Of a DNA stretch of 47,792 nt, positions 37,201 through 47,792 are shown in pieces. How positions within the stretch are numbered: the stretch's first letter is position 1; each line of letters opens with the position of its first letter. Below the pieces are notes generated by a model. It searched no databases, was not told the origin of the DNA, and worked only from the letters and a program-made list of their open reading frames with translations. The stretch is taken from assembly GCA_003990765.1 (NCBI GenBank), contig RBNJ01000043.1, positions 1 to 47,792 of the forward strand, in the 5' to 3' direction. The position numbers were made by a program, and so were the translations under genes. Source of the DNA: Jimgerdemannia flammicorona (Eukaryota).

Positions 37201-39525
37201 CACCAGTGTAATCAGGGTCAATTACTCCTCCTTCAACTGAGATTTCGCTTTTGGCCAGACTGCTCCTGGTCTTGATAATTCCGGCATGGTTTTCTGGCAG
37301 CTTGACTCCAATTCCAGTGCCAAGTAGAGTAGTGGTCTGTGGTTCGAGGGTAGCATCTTGGATGCTGGCAAGGTCCATTCCTATGGCTCCTTCAGTCTTG
37401 TATTCTGGGATCTTGGCTTCAGAGTGAAACTTCTTGACCTTGAGGGTGATATCTCCTCATCGTCACTGTCAGCTTGAAGCTCTGGGGGCTGTTCATCTTC
37501 TTCAGCTTTCCTTTTTGCTTCGGCAGCTTTTTGCTCATATTTCCATTGGCAGATTTTCCTGACTTCGCTGATACAGGACCAGCAGTCATTTAGGTGTTCA
37601 GAGCAGTATATTCTAGTACCATGGGGGCATCTTCCTTAAGGGGCATACCTATTGATGATCTTGTTATACCACTGCTCATCTGTGAGCTTGGGTGTCTTGT
37701 TCTTGTTCTTGTTCACTGAGTGCATGAAGACCTCTGTGTCTTCTTCATCTCCTTCCTTCATGTCTGGCAGGACTCCTTTGTGGACATTGATAGAAACTCA
37801 TACCTTTCTTCCTCTGTAGTTGATCTGCATCTTTTGGGCATTGAGGTCAATGATGGCCTTGGCCTTGTGAAGCCATTAGTTGCCAATGAAAATATCATAG
37901 TTGGTGGCGCTTGTAACAATTATGTCTACTGGGATGGTAGCTCTTCCTATCTTGATGGGGACTTCTTGGATTTTGCCAAGGAGGGTAGCTTGTATACTGT
38001 CTGCTGTGACATAGACCATCTTGGTGGACTCTTTAATGTCCCAACCTAGGCAGTCAATTGCCTTCTTGCTCATAAGGCATCCTCTGGCACCAGTATCAAT
38101 GATGGCATCAAAAATACAGTCTTCAATCTGGCAGGGGATATAGGCTGATGTCTTGTGCTGGTCTTCAGATTCTTCACCTGAGTTCTCAGATTCTTCTTGT
38201 GCATTGTGAGCTTCTACAATCTTGTATTCTTGATTCTTGATAGTAGTTGCAAGTTCTACTCTCAACTGCTGTCTGAAGGCAGGGACTTCAGCTAGCTGTC
38301 CAAAAGTGGCATTGACCTTCTGTTCCTTGAGGTCCTTGTAGATGTCATACTGGTGGATCTTGGTCTTGCACAGCTTCTGTTCCTTCTTGCTCTCACTTTC
38401 TCCTGAGACTGGAGTAGTGCCTTCAATAATTTGGCAGGCAGCTTTGTCTAACTCCATGTCTTGATCAATCTCCTCGTATTGGGTCTTGCTTTGAATAGTG
38501 ACAGCTGGAGTCTTCTTTGGTCTTCCAACTGGCTTGCTGTTACTCTTCTTATCATAGGGCTTAGACCAGGTTCTGGTACCTTCAGTAGTAGGGTAGAATT
38601 CGAGCTCCTTGTAGTATTCTTCATCATCAGTGTCTCTGATCTCCTCAATGACTACTGCATTAGTTTGTTCTCTGGTTCTGCTAGCATTGCTTGGTTGGGC
38701 TTTGTGTCTTGTTTCGGTCATGCAACTCTTTGTATAGTGGCCTTCTTCTCCACATCTGAAGCATGTAATATTGCGTTCTTCTGTAGCAGCTGCAAATCTC
38801 TACACTAGTCTCCTGTTGGTGCTTCAGACTTCTCTAACAACATCACCAAGGTGTGCAGTCATCTTGGCGAACTGCTTGGCAAGTTCTTCCACTGGGTCAG
38901 CTTTGGCTGTCTTGGGGGTAGGTGAGATTGGTTGTCTGTTTACAACTGTGGCAGGTAAGATACTAGTTGGCTTTGATGGCTCCATCTTTATGCTAGTTAT
39001 TTTCTCCATTGAGTGTTTGGCAGGGTATCTGACAGTCCAATATCTCTGTGCAAAGACCACTTTCTGATCAAGGGTCAGTGCAGCTGGGGTAGACCAGATT
39101 GCTAGGGAAATTTCAGGGTGAACTTCTTTGAGAAAGGTTAAATCTGCTATTTGTTCTTTGAGGGCATCATCATAGCCAGCCAAGACAATCTGGTGACAGA
39201 TTCAGGTATAGAATGAGTTGGGATCTTCACTAAGTCTCTGGTAGATAGTATTGAGTTGCTCCTTGAGAGCTTGCTTGATCTCTTCGATATAATATGTTGT
39301 TTTGAGGAAGACCTTCATATTGGCAAGTTTGGCTGCACCAGTATCAGCAATGGTGGCTACATTAAACTTATCTCTGGCAGGTCCTCTGAGGCTGACTGGT
39401 AGAAGGGCCAATTGAGCATCCACACCAAGGGCTCATATGGTGGCGAATTGTTCAAAGTCTTCAATGAAGGTCAGGATTGACTCTTTAGTAATATATCCAT
39501 AGAATGTGGTGGGGTGTATTTCCAT
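34290..39525 (-). pseudogene. gag-pol of C (gag, CFRCGEEGHYTKSC knuckle, protease, Cys/His module, dUTPase, RT, RNase H, integrase)
   Basis: IIDTGA, LDLFSGFHQI, YIDD, TDAS, GHLG..CDKC, MDIIGPL, VDLFTKW. Confidence 0.96.
37035..37435 (-). pseudogene. dUTPase domain between protease and RT in C
   Basis: GMDL, RSSLA, GGVIDPDYTGE, RIGQ, RGEQGFGSTG all intact. Confidence 0.96.
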
Positions 39526-39625
39526 CTTATCTTGAATTCTTGTAGGGGTGACTCTTGTAGTCAGGGTAGTTGTTGTGGGGGTTGTTCATTTTTCAGCTTG
39601 AAAGTGAGGGATTCATCTTGAATCA

Positions 39626-39642
39626 CCAGCCAATGGACACCA
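39626..39642 (-). promoter_or_regulatory. primer-binding site of C
   Basis: tggtgtccattggctgg 3 nt after the 5' LTR. Confidence 0.7.
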
Positions 39643-39645
39643 AGT

Positions 39646-41141
39646 TGTCATGTAGTAGTTGCTGAGTCCTTCAAATATGCCAGATTCTCTTCAAGGTATA
39701 TCTCTTAGACTAACTCAAGTTGTTATAAGCAAGTTCTTATTGGAGTGCCTTCCCAAGGTCTTATAGTCCTCAATCTTCTTATCTTTAACTGTCTTGTTAT
39801 CTCTTAGATTGCTTGCAAGGAAGTGTGTATATTGCACTGAGAAGACTGACTTTATTTCAGAGGAAATAAGAGAGGTATTTATACAAAATATAATTCAATG
39901 GTTGCTAAGATATAAAGCTAAATATAAATTTCAATAACTAAAACTACTAAGTTCCAGGACTGGCATTATTTAGTATCACATCAAAATACCAGTGCTGGAA
40001 TAATTTCATATCACCTCAGAATGCCAGTGCTGGCATTATCCAGTGTTATATGAGAATACCGGTGCTGGCATTATTTAGTGTAACAAAGAACTTAGAGCAG
40101 AAAGTTCAGAATTATGGAGACTTCATCATTATCATCACTGAAGAAGATGAGATCCGTGAATTCATCATTTTCGCATACTTCAATATTATGCAGGATGACA
40201 TCATTGATGACATTATCACATTCGACTATAGCAGGGAAATCGGGGACAAGGTCTGGAGCTCTCCAGTCTATGAGGTTCTCTTCCATAAAATAAGGAACAA
40301 ATGTGGGGTTTTGGGGAGATCTAACCTGGATACTTGAGCCTTGGAATACTGAGATCAATCCTTGCAGGAATTGATCTAGGTTATTCTGAAGGATAGGGTG
40401 CCAGAAGTCTTTTACTTCTTCGCTGTTGAGGGTGATAGTGGACTGGGCTTCTGTAGCCACCCTGGCTTCTAGTGCATTGATATGGTAGGATGATAGGTCT
40501 CTGAAATCTGAGACTCTAACATACTCCAAGTTGGGGATCAACTATGATGCATATCTGAAGATCTGATAGATCTTCCTAGCTGTCCTTGTTTCATATATAT
40601 CCATGGGAGTGGCATCTTGTAGCTCTTGGGTGCTGGCCTGTGGGAACTCCCAGCAGAGGAGGTTTCCTATTTTGTACTCCTGCCACATTTGGAGGCATTT
40701 GGTAGCAATGGTGATCCTTGTTTCCATTTTGTGGCAGTAGAGGATAAAGTGATAAGGGTCTGCAGTACCCAGGTTGATGCTAGGAGTCCTTCTTGAGTGG
40801 GTCCTCATGGCTCTTCTGATGTCTTGGAACATCCTTTCCTCGACCGAGATACCTTGGTGATTTCTTGATCTTGAGGTTTGGTGGGCAGCAGGCATTTTAT
40901 TTGTGGTAAGTCTTTGAGCTATTTTGGGATTGGTGGTTCTTGTTGGTTGCTGCTACTGCAGTTCCTTGATTCTTCTTTTATATTCTTCAGGATGCTCATG
41001 CTGTGGTCACAATGACTCACAGTTGGTCATCATTGCTCATCTTGTACATATACCATATGATCTTCTTGTACTCCGATCTGGTAGCTTATAAGGAAAGGCT
41101 GTCTCCTGTGCTGATGTCATCATTCTGGGGTCACTGTTACA
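39646..41141 (-). repeat. 5' LTR of C (~1.5 kb)
   Basis: TG...CA termini; TATA at 39876-39883 and AATAAA at 39851-39856 on minus. Confidence 0.95.
40092..40895 (-). pseudogene. LTR-encoded accessory ORF, best-preserved copy (267 codons, one internal stop)
   Basis: Adjacent in-frame ORFs 40542-40895 and 40092-40541; the stop corresponds to TGG in the 3' LTR copy. Confidence 0.85.
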
Positions 41142-42072
41142 CCAGTAAGTCATAAAAAGATAATAGTATTCTACTAAGCTACCAGCTATAGAGAAATTCT
41201 TTAATAGTATTTAGAGTAAATTTTATACTTTAGCGCTTATTAATACTATATCAAGCTTTAAAAATACTTTAATATTAAAACAACTACCAGAATATAATTA
41301 AAGAAAGTAGATCACTAAATACTAGATATCATACATATATATATTTAAATTACTATTACTAAATAAGTTCACAAACTATTTAAAGATAATAAGCCAGCTT
41401 TAGCTTACTTCTGAAGAATAGTTATAGAAAACTTTAAGTAGATAAAAAGATACTATTGGAAGAATATAATTAAGCAGATTATATAATATAAGAACATATA
41501 GCTAATAGAAGCTTAGAAGTTTAAATAAGATAATTTAAAGATAAAATTACTTATTCAGAAGAAAGTATAATATATAATCCAAATTAGAAATAATTAGAAG
41601 ATAGATATTTGATCAAAGTATCTAAATCTAATTTCTGATATTATAGTTGTATAATTTTTATATATAATTATATAAAATATATATCTATATAAAACTTATA
41701 ATTATATAAATTATACAAATATATAGATCTTATAACTATATGAAATAACTTATAGGAAAAGAAGTCTTAACTTAGCTATCATATAGTATAAACTTATATA
41801 AATAACTTCAGTATTTAGAGTAAAAAAATCTTAAATAAAAATAGTTCAAAAGTAAAAAAATAAGTGAACTAATAAGCCTATAGGTAAATATACTTTAACA
41901 GACCTTTCTCCTATACAATTCACATTATACCAACTTCAAGCAATGGTTTTTAATATAACTTAAAGAAAAGGTACTATAAAAATATCATCAAGTAAGAGTT
42001 CTGATAAGTATGCTAGGTTGGGTAGACCTGGGGCATTTAGCTGGTAGAATGTAGAGAGAGGTTATAGACTAG

Positions 42073-44040
42073 GAATGGGAGCCTTTGGAGGATTGAAGGG
42101 TGGAGAGGGATCTGAAGAAGAATCAGTATAAGATAGAAGTAAGAGAAGGCCTGGCTTCTCTAGCTTTGTGGACAAGGTGAAGGGAAGTAGATGGCTAGTT
42201 AGAGCTAGGACTGATGTTGCTGAGGGGAAGGGTAAGGCAAGCATCAGTAGGGAGAGCAGTACTCAGGTGAGAGATATGAGCATAGGGGCTGGAGATGCTG
42301 TGGCTGAGGGTGGGACTACTGATAAGAGTGTGATGGGAAATCAGAAAAAAAAAAGAGATGTAATGGCTGATGATAAGATGAGGCAGAGGTTCTCAATACA
42401 GAAGGGGGACTTGGCAGATAGTATAATGGGGCTAATGGTGGTACCATTGCTCAAGAAGTCAATCTTGGAGTTTGTGGCTATCTTGTACTTCTGGGGCTTA
42501 GCAGTGACAGCAAGGATGGTCCTGGGGCTTATCTCAAAGCAGGTGGCTGGAGCTACTTTGGTAAAGTTCCTGAAGAGTCTGGAGGGGGTGGAGATGGGCT
42601 TTAAGAAGGCAGGCTCACTGGAAGAGGCTCTGAAGACTAGAGTGGTGGTTGGGGAAGTAGTGGTCCTATAGTATACTGTCTTAGGTGGAACCCCAGAGTA
42701 GTTCAGCTACTGGTGAAGGGGGTGCCTATAATAATAGCAGTTGAGATGAAGAGAAGGGTTGAGGAGGTGATGGCAGAGTATAGTAATGTAGTTGATATTA
42801 GTTTCCAGATATGGAAGGGGACTACTATTAGGACTAGAGATGTTGATATCAGAATTCAGCTAGTAGGGAAGGAGGCCACTGGGAAGACAAGTGACTAGCC
42901 ATCAGTGATGCTATAGGAGGCTTTTATTTGTCAGATATCAAGGGTGAAAGGGAGTAAGAAGGAGGAGGAGGATCTGTTGGAGGCTCTGGAGGAGATGAGT
43001 GAAGTTGTTGAGCAGAGGATGAAGGCCTAAAAGAGATATATAGAGTTGACATATTTGGAGATTGTGGAATAAAAGTATATCTATACTGATAGGAGGCAGT
43101 GGAAAAAGGCTCAGGGGCATAAGAGACAAAGAGAGCTGTTGGTGAGTATAGAAGGTAGAGTGAAGAAGAATAATAGTAGTATTGAGGAGTCTAGAGGTGT
43201 GGAGGCAAATGTCTGGGCCAGTAAGAGAGGAGAAGTAGTAGAGAGGGTTCTGGAGGAGGCTGGAAAGATATCATGGGTGGACCTATTTGAGGATGATACA
43301 TTTGAAGTCTGAGAACCTGTTATGGAAGATACTCCCCCTCTAATTAGGTGGGGTCCTGCTGCAAAGAGCAGAGCAGCAGAGGATATGCTGATGTATGGTA
43401 CCAAGCAGGTCCACTTTGGAGTTCCTGATATGGCAAAAGGGAGACAGGTGGTGGCAGTTAGTGAGGATGAGCTGGTAGATATCCTGGAAGAGAGGTGGAA
43501 TAAGACTGTGAGTATTAGAGCAGATACCATAATGCTGGATGCAGGAAGGCCAGCAACTCTGGGGAGAAAAGAGATAGGTAATCTATTGTGGATATATCAG
43601 ATGATGAACAACTTCACAGCTGAAGAATTGGGGGAAGTGGACCTGAGAGTGATGAGTGAGGAGTACTGGATACAGATCCTGTGGGGGAATAGTATAGTAG
43701 AGATACTGAAGGTAGAGGTACTTGCAATTTTTCTGGAGAAGGAGGGGTATGAGATCAATAAGGAGAGGGAGGCTGAGCTAGTAGTTGCTGCCAGTGAGTG
43801 GGCTGTCTACTGTTGGGTAGAGCAGCATGGTTTGCAACTTTAGCAGGAGGCCTGCTTAGAGTATCATGAGAAATTTGAGGAAAAAGAGAATAGCAAGATG
43901 GCAGAACTTCTGGAGATATTAGAAGTAAAGAAAGTTGGAGAGGAGGGGCTGGCAGTGGAGCATAACTTGGACTTGGTACAGGAGAGATAGGATGTGGATT
44001 TGTAGAGGATGAGCAGGACCTTACTTCTAAATACTATTCC
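42073..44040 (+). pseudogene. LINE ORF1 relic
   Basis: Series of + strand ORF fragments upstream of the APE domain. Confidence 0.6.
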
Positions 44041-44042
44041 CT

Positions 44043-47000
44043 ATAAATAGTATAACTAACATTTTCTCACTGAATGTAAATGGATTACAGAGATCTGGGT
44101 GATATAAGAACATTTTTACTTAGCTTAAAAGATTGGAGGTAGATCTCTTTCTGCTGCAGAATATATATTATGAAAATAATGATAACTGTAAGGAATGGAC
44201 TGGGGAATGAGGAGGGGCTACAGTATAGAAGGATAAGGTGGCAATTTTGGTATAAAGTGGTAAAGGTAACTTAGGGAGAATCAGAAGTTGGGGAGACCAT
44301 TTGGTATGGGGAGAATGGAATCAACCTGGGTAGGAGCTAGTGAAAGTTGGCTCTTGCTACTGCCCTGTAGTTAGGGGTGAGAGAATCATATAGATTAAGG
44401 GGCTTTTGGAGAAGGGTGTACTCTTGGAGGATGGTATCAATATATTGGGAGGTGACTTTAATATAGTGCAGAATCTGGAATTGGATAAAACTGATAGAGG
44501 GAGGAGTATAGGTGAGAGGAGTGGTGGGCTGGATGCTTGGGAGGAGGTCAAGAACCTTAACTTCTTAGGAAATATAGGCTGTATGGGGTGGGGTAAAAAG
44601 AGAATCTACACACACTGGGTAAATGGTCTTAGGACAAGGATAGATTGAATTCTAATGGCCAAATGCTGGGGTGTGGATATCTGAAGAACTCTAGAGGTAG
44701 AGTAGTGCCCATAGTCTGATCACTAGGGCTTGTTGGGGCAGGGGCAGTTTGGGGAGAGTGGAGATAGATCCAGATATTGGCACCTTAACTCCTCTCTACT
44801 GGCTGAAAAGGTTTTGTAGAACCCATGGATGGAGGACATCCAAGTGAAGATTGCCAGCTGGACATATGAGGGTTTGCCAGTGGGTGTCTGATGGATAAAG
44901 TTAAAAGAGACTGTACAGGTTTACTGGAGGGGAGGGCTGATAGAGAGGCAGGGAAGCAGAGAAGAAAAAGGGTGAGGTATGCTTCTAATCAGTTGGTTAG
45001 ACTGCAGATGGAATGGGCAGATTTGTTAAATTCTGGCAAGGTTGATGATTGGAGGTTGGAGCATGCAAGATTGGAGGTGATGGAGCTGCAACAAGTATTG
45101 AGAGAGAAGGAGGAGATATATATGAAAGAAATGGCAGCCAGGCTGAGGTGGTAGGGACTTAAGGAGAGGGAGAGGCCTACTAGGTACTTGTCACAACTCC
45201 TCTAGGCCAGGAGGGTATGGCATTGATAGAATGGAGTTCTGGATGAAGAGGGGGAAATGATGCATAGTATACAACAGATCTTAGGGGTACTGAAGGAGAG
45301 GTAGAGGTGTCTATAGAGTGAGGAGGAAGGGGGTGAGGGTGAGGAGGCAATTGGAGAAATGCTAGAGGATTGGAAACTACCACAAATAGAGGGTCTTGGT
45401 GACTTGATCCTATCAGTTCAAAAGGAGAAGATCCAAAGAGTTCTTGCAGCCACAAAGCTTGGGACAGCACTAGGAGAGGATGGGTTACCCTGGGACTTTT
45501 GGAAGAAGATGGTGAAGATTCTTGGAGTTTTAGGAGAGATGGCAGCCCTCTGTGACCATGTTCTTCTAAATGGTGAGTGGGTTGGAGAGTAGGACTTGGG
45601 GTTAGTGGCCTTGGTATACAAAGATAAGAGAAGGAGAGAGGACTGGAAGAACTGGAGACTGATCATACTTCTGAATATAGACAGGAAGATAGTGACTAAG
45701 GTGATTGTTGCAAGGCTACAGAAGGTTGCCCAATAGGTACTGAGTGAGAAGCAGCAGGGCTTTGTTGGCAGCAGACTTATTAGAGATGGGACAGCCTGAG
45801 TTCATAGCATTATTGAAGGAGCACAGGCTTGTGGATTAGATGGAAGACTGGTCTTTTTGGACCAGAAGAAGACCTATGACTGCATCCAGCAGGTGTGGCT
45901 AGGCAAGATGCTGGATAGAATTGGTATTTCCTCACAATTTCAAGCTTCTATATTGAATCTATTAGAGGGCAGTAGGGCAGTATTGATGTGTAATAGATAC
46001 TAAGGTCTGGTATTCCTCTTGGGAAGAGGAGTCCCTCAGGGTAATCCACTGTCTTCTATCCTTTATGCTCTTTCATTAGAACCTTTGATAGATAGGATAT
46101 GACAGAAGGTGGCAGGGCTCTCTATATATGGTGTAATATGGAAGATAGGGGTCTTTGCAGATGATATAGTAGTTGGACTTAGCTTGGTAGCAGATGTTGA
46201 GATACTTAAGGAGATAGTTGAATGGTATGGGGCATATTCTGGAGTAAAACTCAACTGGCATAAGTGTGAGACAATAGTGCTGAGGAATAAGCTTGTAAGA
46301 GGAGATATCATTGGAACAATTATCTCTACAGAAGAGGTAGTGAGATATTTGGGCATCTTCCTTTCTATATATGGTTCTGTCTTACTATGGTTGTAGTGAG
46401 AAAGGAGGGTGGCTATTTGGGGGGAGACTCTTTGAGGTTGAGGAGGTCACCATATCTCTCTAGCAGACTGGGTTTCAATCTTGGATGTCTACTGGTTCCC
46501 TAAGCTGTGGTATGTTGCATATTATCTAGACTTTCTAGCTTGGGTAATGAAGAGACTGATAAAACTAGCTAGAGACTGGATTTGGGCAAAGAGGCAGTCT
46601 CAGATAAGTTGGGACACTCTGGCAATACTAGTGGTTTGGAGAGAGCTTGGCCTAGTGGACTTTCCTAAGAGACTATACTGTCTGTAAGTATGGTGATTGA
46701 AGAGGGCTATTGATCTACAGAGATGGGGTTGGGTACTACTGAACTAGAAGGTATGGGAGATGAGGTTCTCTCCATAAGGGTCCTTGGAAGATCTGCTCTC
46801 TCTGGTGGATCTAGATGGAAGCTGATGGCTATAATATAAGGGCTTTTGGGGGGGGGGTGATAAATAGAGCACACTGAATTGACCTGCACTGGTGAAGCAA
46901 TGAGAGAGAGACGCTATGGGGTCCAGCTATGTGGTGATGGAACAGACTGATTCTGGAGGGTATTTTACTTACTGAGTTTGATATTAGTAATGGCATAGAG

Positions 47001-47610
47001 TGTCAGCAGGGTCTTGGCCAGGATCTTTGACCAAGTAGTTGGCAGGTAGTGAGAATTGGTAAGGAGTAGGACTGGGCAGAAGTCTGATCATAGAGTGCTG
47101 AGGTGTGGAGGTGGTTTCCTCCCAAGTTCTAAGTAGTATGGTGACAAATACTGTAGAGGAATATTATGTTGAATTTTCATACTAGGCATCTGGTGGATGG
47201 TGGCCAATTAGATTGTAAGGAGTGTTATAATGTAGAGTAAGTTGGGGGATTTGTATAGTCACCTGAATATTGGCTGGGAGAGTGTGAGATTCTGGGGGAC
47301 TTTTAGATAGTAGTAGAGGACCAGCTGAGGGTGAAGAAGAGACCAGATAGAGAGAGAGGTCACTGGGAGGATTTGAGATCTTGGTTAGTGGATAGTGTAG
47401 ATAATGGTTGACTTACTATAGGGTGGGTTTTAGTGATATGAGTAGGGCTAACTGGACATTGACTCTTTATTTTCAAGAAAGGATAATAAATAGGTATACA
47501 AGAGAAGTTGTTAAGGTAGGAGGAGTTGATGGGAGATTTGCTGACTGAGTGGTGAGTTGGTTAGGGTCCCCAGGGTGGGCAATATCACTATCTGGTAAAA
47601 AGAATCTATA
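44043..47610 (+). pseudogene. LINE ORF2 (APE endonuclease + RT)
   Basis: SLNVNGL, GGDFN, RID, SDH; GEDGLP, NWR.I.LLN.D.K, QQGF, LDQ.K.YD, GVPQG.PLS, FADD, YLGI. Confidence 0.92.
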
Positions 47611-47792
47611 AATAGAGTATTGGGCAAGTAGAGATGGTAAATAATAAAGTTGTCTTTCATCACATAGGAGTGGGAAAGAGGAGTCCCTCTAGGGAGATTA
47701 AATAGGGGTGAGAACAGTGTATTATATAGAGGATAGATAGGTGTGTTAATAAAGGAAGGAGTCCAAGTGACTATAAAAAAAAAAAAAAAAAA

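Larger units (their letters stand above)
24357..41141 (-). mobile_element. Ty3/gypsy element C (family A relative) interrupted at its PPT by the PLE palindrome
   Basis: LTRs 24357-25836 and 39646-41141 (TGTAAC...TGACA on minus); internal domain 33967-39645; no TSD visible. Confidence 0.93.
42010..47792 (+). mobile_element. near full-length L1/Tx1-like LINE, mutated
   Basis: ORF1 relic, APE-RT ORF2, C-terminal Cys/His relic, poly(A) tail 47775-47792; 5' boundary approximate. Confidence 0.9.

Noticed and set aside
36722-38808. Antisense ORFs over gag-pol (also 14028-18310 and 43111-46356)
   Set aside because: Reverse-strand shadows of TE coding sequence with no independent motifs
41150-42000. 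Centromere or origin-like AT-rich tract (also 22700-23520 and 10430-10900)
   Set aside because: Most simply explained as terminally mutated repeat debris; no diagnostic structure

Overview
Eukaryotic, fungal-like (inferred) repeat-rich block made almost entirely of retroelements damaged by C>T/G>A mutation. Contents: (A) a heavily mutated Ty3/gypsy element, 1705-10267 (+); (B) a complete chromodomain-bearing Ty3/gypsy element with 2-kb LTRs and a TCTCA target-site duplication (TSD), 11023-21420 (-); a CpG-retaining host-like island at about 21421-22690; a LINE 3' fragment; (C) a better-preserved relative of A, 24357-41141 (-), whose polypurine tract is interrupted by an 8.1-kb palindrome of two head-to-head endonuclease-less Penelope-like elements; and a near full-length L1-like LINE, about 42010-47792 (+). 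Main observation: the two distinct gypsy families share an accessory set consisting of (i) a homologous protein of unknown function encoded inside the U3 of every LTR with its own TATA box, (ii) a dUTPase, and (iii) a small CPH-x12-CxxC module; (ii) and (iii) occur in opposite order around the protease in the two families. All alignments were made by eye and no database search was run.
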